DNA from: Anthoceros angustus | Taxonomy: Eukaryota > Plantae > Anthocerotophyta | DNA: 64,000 nucleotides | Assembly (NCBI GenBank): GCA_010909165.1 | Contig: MU008181.1 | Location: forward strand, 186,001-250,000 | Reading direction: 5' to 3' | Shown here: in pieces, positions 1 to 10,700 of the stretch | Layout: every line of letters begins with the position of its first letter | How positions within the stretch are numbered: the stretch's first letter is position 1 | Program-made: the position numbers and the translations under genes | Notes under the pieces: model-generated | What the model was told of the DNA's origin: nothing | The model's input: the letters and a program-made list of their open reading frames with translations, nothing else | Databases searched by the model: none

Positions 1-601
1 ATCAACGATTGTGAGAAGAAAAAAGCTTTTTGCAAGGCCATCGAATAAAACCTGAAGAAGGGGCTCCTTGATTCCAGCGGGATGTTGGTCATGATGGGAA
101 CGATGATCGTGGTGGGCATGATTCCCTTCCTCGATTTCTACAGAAAGAGCTCGTAGTCGGACGGACTCCTCACGGGCCCATGAGACCAACAGCAGCCCGA
201 TGATGATGCAAATTGTCCCCAAGATGCTGCAAAAACGCAATGAGGAGGAATCAGCACCTTCGGGTTGCATCGGACAAACAAAAAGAGTGAGAAGGAGCTG
301 GGAGACAGACCTGCCAAGGTAGAGGGCACTTCCTAGAAAGATGAGACCCATAACCGCTGATCATGACGAGCACACAAAGCATCCCTCACCTGTCTTCCGC
401 TGTGACCGCAATGCCCGATCCATCCCTGGCTGAACCGAGTGATTGATGCCATGCACACTGAATTCAGCTCTCCGCAATTGAAGACCGCAATGCCCGATCA
501 ATCTGTGGCTGATCAATCCACTTCCTACACACAGGCTTGCAAGGCAAACGACAGCGCCTGCCCGCCACTGCGCTCCCCGTCAGCTCCCAGTTGCAACGAA
601 G

Positions 602-848
602 GTTGCAGCTGGAGGCCGGAAGCTGAAGGTCAGCAGAGATGTGCTGAGGATTTTGGGAATGTGAATTCCAACACCATCCTGTATGTGCTGGATTACATGA
701 GGGAGGCGAATTTGAAAAGGAAGAAGCTGCTTGCGGCGGGCTTTCCTGCCTGCGGACGAGTTTAGAACACGATCCAGAGTGGGGTCTGCTCATGGCGTTT
801 GGACCGGGAATTACCATGGAAGGTATATTGATTAGGAACCTGATTTAG
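602..848 (+). repeat. Second, indel-bearing copy of the PKS 3' end
   Basis: Near-identical to ~4310-4560 but missing single bases in G/C runs (e.g. gaggccggaag vs gaggccgggaag). Confidence 0.85.
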
Positions 849-955
849 AGGCAGCTTTACGCTTCTTGCTGAATCAAGTTAGTCAGGGATGTTCAACAGT
901 GGCATGCACATGGCGGAGCATTGAGAGTTTTGAACACTAACGTTGATAGCTGCGC

Positions 956-1190
956 ATGCGAGCAGGCAAGAACACCACTGTGAAGACGAGGTACGTGGTG
1001 ATGAACCAGGGGATCTTGGAAGCGCACCCGGAGTTCATGGACGAAAAGATCCCAGCATACGGCAAAAGCTGCAAGTGTGCGGGGAAGCGCTGGAGAAGCT
1101 TAGTGTGGAAGCAGCCAACAATTGCCTCGCCAGTGGGGACGCGATCGCTCCAGCATTACGCACTTCATCTACGTATCCTCCAGCGAGGTA
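956..1190 (+). CDS. Exon fragment of a type III polyketide synthase, ASCL/LAP5-LAP6 (PKSA/B)-like, N-terminal half, with a 1-nt indel
   Basis: Two overlapping frames read KNTTVKTRYVVMNQGILEAHPEFMDEKIP then SIRQKLQVCGEALEKLSVEAANNCLA..WGRDRSSITHFIYVSSSE followed by a GT donor. This matches the TTVKTRYVVM...ITHLVYVSSSE region of ASCL-type PKSs. A shorter copy of the upstream part recurs at ~2370-2480. Confidence 0.8.
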
Positions 1191-3267
1191 AAATGAAGAT
1201 CTCGCTTCAATGATCAGATGGCCCCGATCCATCCCTGGCTGAACCTATTGATTGATGCCATGCACACTGAATTCAGCTCTCCGCAATTGAAGACCGCAAT
1301 GCCCGATCAATCTGTGGCTGAACCGAGTGATTGATGCCGTCCATGCTGTCTTCCGCTGTGACCGCAATCTCGTCGGCTTCTAAAGGAAATTCCGATTCTG
1401 ATGACGTTCGTGCTCTCCATGATTCTTCTGCTCTCAGGTGCGGCTGCCGGGGAGATCTGCTGGTCGCGCAGGCCCTAGGGCTGAGCCCGGACGTGAACCG
1501 CGTCATGCTCTACAGCTGATGCAGCTGAAAGGCCCACTTCAGCACGGCCGAGAGGCCGGTGCCTGCCACAATGGGGCCTTGATAGAAAGTCATAATGATA
1601 GACCCGGCACAGCAGATGACGATTCCCGCCACCTTGGCCTGCCCATCGCGTCTGTACCAGTGCACAATCTCCACGCTGCAACAGACCGGTGCATCAGAAT
1701 GGCCGAATCATTTCAAGCAGCAATGCCACGGGCAACGGTGACAAGCTCCTGATGCAGCTCACCCAAACACGATGGCGATGATGGCCGTGAACACCGGCAC
1801 GGAAGGCTGCATCGCAGCTGAGAAACCGGCGGACGTGTACTGGATGCCGATGAAGAGCAGAATCTGACTTCCATAAATCCTGCAACACCAAACATTCTCC
1901 TCTCAGCCAGTTGCAAGGCAACAAAACCGGCACATTCCAAACGGCTACAGCGGAAGTGACCAACACACCCAGTCAGTCCGAGCAAGAAGAAATGCGCGAC
2001 GATCTCGAGGCTCAGTTCAGGCCTGGTTCCCCTGTTGCAACAAAACCACAAACACCAGTGAGCGAACCACCACTGCAACACCACAATGCACGTATTCCGA
2101 CAAGACCAAGCAGCTCACTTGTCCACAAAAGTAGGCCGCAGGGAGGAGGAAGACGAGGGCCACAATGTCCCGGTACAGACTGAGGACTATCTTGTTCATG
2201 CCCCGGTGAGCGCAATGGCAGTGATGACATAGTAAATGCCAGACAGAATCTGCGCTATCAGCACAACATGCACGGTGAGCAGGCTGCCTGGGTCTCGGAA
2301 CTTCTGGCCCAAAGCCCTGGTTAACATTATCGGGACTCTGAATCTTGAAATTTGATGCCTAGAAGAAAGTCAGGGATGTTCAACAGTGGCATGCACATGG
2401 CGGAGCATTGAGAGTTTGAACACTAACGTTGATAGCTGCGCATGCGAGCAGGCAAGAACACCACTGTGAAGACGAGGGCCACAATGTCCCGGTACAGACT
2501 GAGGACTATCTTGTTCATGCCCCGGTGAGCGCAATGGCAGTGATGACATAGTAAATGCCAGACAGAATCTGCGCTATCAGCAGCACAACATGCACGGTGA
2601 GCAGGCTGCCTGGGTCTCGGAACTTCTGGCCCAAAGCCCTGGCCTGCCGTTCAGATCCAGACCGCGTCCGCCGCCATCGCCCCAGCCTGTGATCGCAGGC
2701 TTAGCAAGCAGGACTAGAACACCAGACCTGGAGCTGAATGCAACCGAGAGAAAAGAAGAATGAAAAGCGGAGGAGGAGGAATGCGTCTGGGCTGAGTTCC
2801 CCACGTCGGCGCTGGGGGAATAGACTGCATTATTGAAATCTCTCCGCGATCGGAGCGTGAGATCAATTATTGGTGCTCCAGTGCCAGTTATGAGCATGCG
2901 CAGCTCGGAATCGGACCCCTGCTGTCAGAACAGTACGGCAATGACACCATTCGCCAGCCAAACTTGGCCGGGTCAAGGAGGATGTCTGACGGATTGCGCA
3001 ATTCAAGGACCCAAGCCTGTCGGTCCCATCCGAGAGATGGAATCCTGATCAAATGGCTCACCATCCCTGGCTGAACCTATTGATTGATGCCATGCACACT
3101 GAATTCAGCTCTCCGCAATTGAAGACCGCAATGCCCGATCAATCTGTGGCTGAACCGAGTGATTGATGCCGTCCATGCTGTCTTCCGCTGTGACCGCAAT
3201 CTCGTCGGCTTCTAAAGGAAATTCCGATTCTGATGACGTTCGTGCTCTCCATGATTCTTCTGCTCTC

Positions 3268-3405
3268 AGGTGCGGCTGCCGGGGAGATCTGCTGGTCGCG
3301 CAGGCCCTAGGGCTGAGCCCGGACGTGAACCGCGTCATGCTCTACATGTTGGGATGCTGGAGGCGCCGCGGCTGCGGGTGGCCAAGGATCTGGCGGAGAA
3401 CACCA
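3268..3405 (+). CDS. Exon fragment of the same type III PKS containing the catalytic Cys region; partial duplicate at 1437-1513
   Basis: After a ctctcag acceptor it reads VRLPG(G)DLLVAQALGLSPDVNRVMLYMLGC...RVAKDLAEN across small indels, then jumps into WAT1-like sequence. Confidence 0.8.
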
Positions 3406-3962
3406 AGCAGCTCACTTGTCCACAAAAGTAGGCCGCAGGGAGGAGACGAGGAGGCCACAATGTCCCGGTACAGACTGAGGACTATCTTGTTCATGCCCCG
3501 GTGAGCGCAATGGCAGTGATGACATAGTAAATGCCAGACAGAATCTGCGCTATCAGCAGCACAACATGCACGGTGAGCAGGCTGCCTGGGTCTCGGAACT
3601 TGGCCCAAAGCCCTGGCCTGCCGTTCAGATCCAGACCGCGTCCGCCGCCGCCATCGCCCCAGCCTGTGATCGCAGGCTTAGCAAGCAGGACTAGAACACC
3701 AGACCTGGAGCTGAATGCAACCGAGAGAAAAGAAGAATGAAAAGCGGAGGAGGAGGAATGCGTCTGGGCTGAGTTCCCCACGTCGGCGCTGGGGGAATAG
3801 ACTGCATTATTGAAATCTCTCCGCGATCGGAGCGTGAGATCAATTATTGGTGCTCCAGTGCCAGTTATGAGCATGCGCAGCTCGGAATCGGACCCCTGCT
3901 GTCAGAACAGTACGGCAATGACACCATTCGCCAGCCAAACTTGGCCGGGTCAAGGAGGATGT

Positions 3963-4560
3963 CTGACGGACACTGGAGTCCTGTTCCGTTTAGGCCGCGA
4001 CCTTCCACAGATCATTGAGGACAACATCGAAGCCTTCAGCGAGCGCTTCTTTGCCAAGATCGCAGAGCTGCAGCAGGAACAGCCCGAAGGTAGTAGCCGT
4101 GGCGCCCTCTCCCAGCAGATGTCCAAACTACAGGGCGCGTTTTCTAACGAATGTCCTCCCGCGCGCAGGCACAAAGATCGAGAGCAAGGGGTTGAGCCAC
4201 CATGTGAACGGAACGGGAACGGCACCGTTGGAGCGCACCAAGTACAACGACGTGTTCTGGGCTGTGCATCCCGGGGGACCTGCCATTCTGAACGCGGTGG
4301 AGAGGAGGTTGCAGCTGGAGGCCGGGAAGCTGAAGGTCAGCAGAGATGTGCTGAGGGATTTTGGGAATGTGAATTCCAACACCATCCTGTATGTGCTGGA
4401 TTACATGAGGGAGGCGAATTTGAAAAGGAAGAAGCTGCTTGCGGCGGGGCTTTCCCTGCCTGCGGACGAGTTTAGCGAACACGATCCAGAGTGGGGTCTG
4501 CTCATGGCGTTTGGACCGGGAATTACCATGGAAGGTATATTGATTAGGAACCTGATTTAG
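3963..4560 (+). CDS. C-terminal part of the ASCL/LAP5-LAP6-like type III PKS (one apparent frameshift between ~4060 and ~4230)
   Basis: LTDTGVLFRLGRDLPQIIEDNIEAF in one frame, then YNDVFWAVHPGGPAILN...DFGNVNSNTILYVLDYM...EWGLLMAFGPGITMEGILIRNLI* in another. The catalytic His (VHPGG) and Asn (GNVNS) are present. Confidence 0.85.
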
Positions 4561-4971
4561 AGGCAGCTTTACGCTTCTTGCTGAATCAAGTTAGTCAGGG
4601 AAACTGAGATAGGAGGAGGGAACATTATCCTAGATTGGCCCCGACAAAGGTTCAGGGTCGTTTATAATCAATCAATGGAGGCGGCATTGCCTCCCATTCA
4701 ATGCAAAACAAAATACCCTCTAGCTAGTTGTGTTGGCATTGGGGAAGACCATGGTACACATCCTAAGAAAGTCAAGAAAAAATGACTTAAACAAGGCCGT
4801 GGTGGGACTCATCTCATAACTACGCTGGTATGAGATAAAACTACCGACGAAAAAGATAAATGGTACAAAAAGCACTTGGCTGCCACCATCACCGGAGGAG
4901 ACGAATGACAGTCTAATTAGGAGCCTGAAAAACAGACAAATAATATAAGTATGTTGGCAAAACCGCATGAC

Positions 4972-7193
4972 CTAATCAACGATTGTGAGAAGAAAAAAGC
5001 TTTTTGCAAGGCCATCGAATAAAACCTGAAGAAGGGGCTCCTTGATTCCAGCGGGATGTTGGTCATGATGGGAACGATGATCGTGGTGGGCATGATTCCT
5101 TCCCGGACACACCTTTGGAGACTTTCCTGCGCAGGTTCGACAGGGTGGACGTTAGGCAGTCTGGCTTCGGAGAGTGGACGTATGGTACTGGAAAGCAGGT
5201 GAACATGACAGCAGGAGACGCACCTTTTCATGCAAACGGCCATCGGCGATGATGATGCAAATTGTCCCCAAGATGCTGCAAAAACGCAATGAGGAGGAAT
5301 CAGCACCTTCGGGTTGCATCGGACAAACAAAAGAGTGAGAAGGAGCTGGGAGACAGACCTGCCAAGGTAGAGGGCACTTCCTAGAAAGATGAGACCCATA
5401 ACCGCTGAGCACACTGGCTGGACGGGGATATAGCTGGCCACAGCCATTTGACCAATTTCCAGCTGTGACATGGCTCGACAGGTCGTAATCAAGGCCTCCA
5501 AAGCCATGTGACCGCAATGGCTCTCAGACATGCTTCTGGAGTCATCTATTGCAATGACAACCTGATACTGTCGCTTGCTTGCCTTGGTACGCCGCAGCCA
5601 GATTTTGTCCTTCTTAAACTCACTAGCAACATAAGGGATAACCTACCAAGCGGAAAGAAAAGTTAAATGATGTGTGCTTTGGCTTTCCCAGGACGAATTT
5701 CAAGTAAAACTACATACCTTTTTCATGTTTATCCTTTTCCCCGTTCGATAGTCACCCTCAAGCTTGGCGGCCAATGTTGGTTCAAGAATCAGCCGCAGCT
5801 GCTCAGCTAATTCTTGAGACAGGCGTGCTGTTAGCTGGTCATACCTCTGCCACAACGCCCGTGCATTCTCCATGCTACTGCCACCCTCCTGTAATTTCAA
5901 CTCGACCTCTTTCCTTGCCTCACTCAACTCTCTGTCATTCAACTTCTGGCTGTCAAGAACATCAGAAGGTATTACGGCCTTCTGCTCCAATTTTAATGCC
6001 AGTATCTAGCTTCCAGGCATCGGAGTCATTGACAGCAAAGATACCGGTGATGGCCATGAGAACTGCTCCGCAAAGGTAAGAGAATGCAGTAACGGAAGTG
6101 GGGGCAGGGAACTTCCGCAAAAGAGGTGCCTGCGAAACCGCCAGGACGAGAATCGATAAATGCTGCACACTACTACTTGGTAAGCTAAAAAAGCAGTGCA
6201 GCCATTCTCACCTGGAGATTGATGAATGTCGCCATGCACAGACAATTTCCGATGAGGCAAAGAGCTCCGAACTGGAGAGCTCCGAACTCCAATCCCAGCA
6301 ACTTGACAGGCCCCAACACGGCGGCTGGAACATCCTGTACAGCTGATGCAGCTGAAAGGCCAGCCCACTTCAGCACGGCCGAGAGGCCGGTGCCTGCCAC
6401 AATGGGGCCTTGATAGAAAGTCATAATGATAGACCCGGCACAGCAGATGACGATTCCCGCCACCTTGGCCTGCCCATCGCGTCTGTACCAGTGCACAATC
6501 TCCACGCTGCAACAGACCGGTGCATCAGAATGGCCGAATCATTTCAAGCAGCAATGCCACGGGCAACGGTGACAAGCTCCTGATGCAGCTCACCCAAACA
6601 CGATGGCGATGATGGCCGTGAACACCGGCACGGAAGGCTGCATCGCAGCTGAGAAACCGGCGGACGTGTACTGGATGCCGATGAAGAGCAGAATCTGACT
6701 TCCATAAATCCTGCAACACCAAACATTCTCCTCTCAGCCAGTTGCAAGGCAACAAACCGGCACATTCCAAACGGCTACAGCGGAAGTGACCAACACACCC
6801 AGTCAGTCCGAGCAAGAAGAAATGCGCGACGATCTCGAGGCTCAGTTCAGGCCTGGTTCCCCTGTTGCAACAAAACCACAAACACCAGTGAGCGAACCAC
6901 CACTGCAACACCACAATGCACGTATTCCGACAAGACCAAGCAGCTCACTTGTCCACAAAGTAGGCCGCAGGGAGGAGGAAGACGAGGGCCACAATGTCCC
7001 GGTACAGACTGAGGACTATCTTGTTCATGCCCCCGGTGAGCGCAATGGCAGTGATGACATAGTAAATGCCAGACAGAATCTGCGCTATCAGCAGCACAAC
7101 ATGCACGGTGAGCAGGCTGCCTGGGTCTCGGAACTTCTGGCCCAAAGCCCTGGCCCTGCCGTTCAGATCCAGACCGCGTCCGCCGCCCGCCAT
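4972..7193 (-). CDS. WAT1-related / UMAMIT (nodulin MtN21, EamA) transporter gene, multi-exon, interrupted by midasin-derived segments in this assembly
   Basis: Exons read MAGGGRGLDLNG..HVVLLIAQILSGIYYVITAIALTGGMNKIVLSLYRDIVALVFLLPAAYFVDK, RRDGQAKVAGIVICCAGSIIMTFYQGP, QAPLLRKFPAPTSVTAFSYLCGAVLMAITGIFA, YIPVQPVCSAVMGLIFLGSALYLG and SILGTICIIIGLLLVSWAREE (the last intact in the copy at 1-250). These are typical MtN21/EamA transmembrane segments. Confidence 0.85.
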
Positions 7194-7782
7194 CGCCCCA
7201 GCCTGTGATCGCAGGCTTAGCAAGCAGGACTAGAACACCAGACCTGGAGCTGAATGCAACCGAGAGAAAAGAAGAATGAAAAGCGGAGGGGAGGAGGAAT
7301 GCGTCTGGGCTGAGTTCCCCCACGTCGGCGCTGGGGGGGAATAGACTGCATTATTGAAATCTCTCCGCGATCGGAGCGTGAGATCAATTATTGGTGCTCC
7401 AGTGCCAGTTATGAGCATGCGCAGCTCGGGAATCGGACCCCCTGCTGTCAGAACAGTACGGCAATGACACCATTCGCCAGCCAAACTTGGCCGGGTCAAG
7501 GAGGATGTCTGACGGATTGCGCGAATTCCAAGGACCCAAGCCTGTCGGTCCCATCCGAGAGATGGGAATCCTGATCAAATGGCTCACCATCCCTGCTGCG
7601 ACGAGAGCATCGGAGAAGTCGTTGGTGCACAATGAATTTTAAGTATGTGCAATCACAGAGAACTCATTTTCTAACTACAATCTATTGCCGATACAAGCGG
7701 AATTTGAGGGGTCCGATCTCATCGCACGCCCCAGGCAGCAGCCTCTAAAATTCTTCTGGAAGTCCTGTGTGAGTTGCAAGCG

Positions 7783-10700
7783 CTAGAGATATGACGATGT
7801 CCGTTGCATGAGCTCGAACCACTGCATGGAAGAGTGACCACCAGAGTTCAGAGTTTTATACATCTGCCGGACCTTGCTAAGATGTAGGAGATGAGTTACC
7901 TGTCGGAGGAGACCTCCGATTGTTCTCGGAAGGTCCTCGATGTGCCTCACGATCGTGTAGTAGGGGAATGGAAAGGTGTCCATGTACTTGGAGAAGGATA
8001 CACGGCCGTTTGAGAAGGATGGGGTCTGCATGCAGCAAGTAGTTCATTTTGTCAGGAAGGTTCCCACACAGCTACGGAGGAAATCAGCAGCGTGACTTTA
8101 CGCTGGCATGTTTCGCAGTGTTGCTCACCTGCCATTCCAGTATAGATTCACGGGGATTATCTAGCACAATGAAGGCGACAAGCCGGTTTCGGCTCATTCC
8201 TTCCCGGACACACCTTTGGAGACTTTCCTGCGCAGGTTCGACAGGGTGGACGTTAGGCAGTCTGGCTTCGGAGAGAGTGGACGTATGGTACTGGAAAGCA
8301 GGTGAACATGACAGCAGGAGACGCACCTTTTCATGCAAACGGCCATCGGCGATGATGAGAACAAGTTGCTGAAGAGCATCCCTTCCAGAGGGCAATACGG
8401 CATTCAACGCCGCGTTATGCAACATTTGAGTGAGGAAACGAAGCAGGTCTACCATAGGCTCATCTGCTATGGTGTTATCTTGCCGGAATGAGAATTGAGA
8501 CAATATCTGTGACCACATGCAATCCTTGTTAGCAATCTCTTTCTCCCCCTTGTTAGTGCTTGATTCTGAGCAGGTGCAAAGATCTCACAGTATATGCAGC
8601 TAGGCAGGTGGTTCTTACATTGGTCCCAGCTTCATTTGAAAATGGCTGATCAAAATCATGCAGAAGGCGGACGTTCCCCTTCTCCCCGAAACTGGCCACA
8701 GCCATTTGACCAATTTCCAGCTGTGACATGGCTCGACAGGTCGTAATCAAGGCCTCCAAAGCCATGTGACCGCAATGGCTCTCAGACATGCTTCTGGAGT
8801 CATCTATTGCAATGACAACCTGATACTGTCGCTTGCTTGCCTTGGTACGCCGCAGCCAGATTTTGTCCTTCTTAAACTCACTAGCAACATAAGGGATAAC
8901 CTACCAAGCGGAAAGAAAAGTTAAATGATGTGTGCTTTGGCTTTCCCAGGACGAATTTCAAGTAAAACTACATACCTTTTTCATGTTTATCCTTTTCCCC
9001 GTTCGATAGTCACCCTCAAGCTTGGCGGCCAATGTTGGTTCAAGAATCAGCCGCAGCTGCTCAGCTAATTCTTGAGACAGGCGTGCTGTTAGCTGGTCAT
9101 ACCTCTGCCACAACGCCCGTGCATTCTCCATGCTACTGCCACCCTCCTGTAATTTCAACTCGACCTCTTTCCTTGCCTCACTCAACTCTCTGTCATTCAA
9201 CTTCTGGCTGTCAAGAACATCAGAAGGTATTACGGCCTTCTGCTCCAAATTAGGAAGAGCACCGGGTGCGACAGAGATCATGCTTTCACCCCTCCGTCTT
9301 GCTTCCAGATCCTCTTCCGCACTGAGTGCTTCATTATCTGCTGCTGATTCTTCTTCATCTGGACGACGGTTTGTCTGTCCCACTTCGGATCTCTCTCCCC
9401 TCCTTGGATGCAGGTCCTGTGTTTGTTTCATATCTGTGACTCGGACCTCCTCTGCTTCCTCTTCCTCATCATCAACCAGCATTGGCTGTGGTCTATCATC
9501 TGCCTCTTCCTCTAACTGACCTGCTTCCTTAAGTTTTTGCTGCTCTACCTGATCTTCCGTTGCTGATCCCAATGCTTGTAAACTGCTGTCTTCCCCTTCT
9601 GCCACATACTGATATTGATCAGCCTGCTCTTGCTCGTCATTATGGGCTTCTTCCATCTCAGTATCTTGTAAATTTCCTGACTCACTAACATCACTCATTA
9701 TCCGTACCCTGTCTTTCCATTGTTTCAAGACATCACCAAGGCTGCGAAACGGTTGCGCATCCAATTTCTCATGCACCTTTCTTTCTTCAGATAACTTTGA
9801 TGGTTTTCCTGAAGTGGTCCCTCTATCACCTTGGGGTGTCGCTGAGTCCAGCTTCCCCAAAGCTTGTGCTTCATGGTCCTTTTCAGCGGCTGCATTATCC
9901 TGGTCCATTCGCTGTCCTTTGGTTTCATCACGTCCTACCGACATAGGATTTCCTTGGAGGCCTGAATACATGCCCGCTGCTTGATGGCCTCCAGAAGCTT
10001 TAGGGTCTGCATTCAACGCATCGGGTTCCGCCTGAGCCTTGACATCATCCTCAAACGCCGACAGAGGGTGTGCAGCAGTCGCTTCAGAATTCATAGCACT
10101 TTCTCCGTCCCTTGCATTCTCCACATCCTCAGTAGAGACTTCAGTCTCTGCTTCTACACCATGTGTGTCTTGCTCCTCCTCTATTTCTCCTTCCTGCTCA
10201 GAAGGTCCCGTGCTTTCCTGACCATTTTGCTCTCCATCTGAGTTTGGGTTGTCCAATTCCACCTCCTTAGGCAAATCAGGTTCTCCTTCGTCTCCCACAT
10301 CACCCAGTTCTTCACCATCAGTTTCCATGTCTTCCGGATAATCTTCCTCCTTTGATGGGGCCATGCCACTCGGATCCTCATATGCATCACCCTGGTTGTT
10401 CTCATTGCTCTCACCTTCAGTATCAGCAGGCTTCTCCTCGCCTGCATCCTCTGACTTATTGGATTGAGGGTCATCTCCAGGATTCCCATCCTTGTTTGGA
10501 ACCTCTTCCTCCTCTGTTTCCTTGGCTCGCATTTCGAGGTCATCTTTTCCTGCTCCGGACACAGGCGCATCCTTCTCATACTTCTCCTTCTCATCTTGGG
10601 TATCCACGTCCTCTTCATCATTCCAAAGCTTCTCGTCAACGACCTGATCCTCATCATCAGTCTGTCCCATCTTTGACTCAAGCTGTTCATCAGCACCCTC

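Larger units (their letters stand above)
1..3962. other. Scrambled mosaic of repeated PKS (+) and WAT1-like (-) gene fragments joined at short microhomologies
   Basis: 1-125 = 4975-5100; 1515-2320 = ~6340-7150; 2480-3060 and 3400-3965 = ~6985-7590 (the latter to ~7517). The motif gctgaaccgagtgattgatgcc...gaagaccgcaatgcccgatc recurs at ~430, ~1240 and ~3070. Confidence 0.9.
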
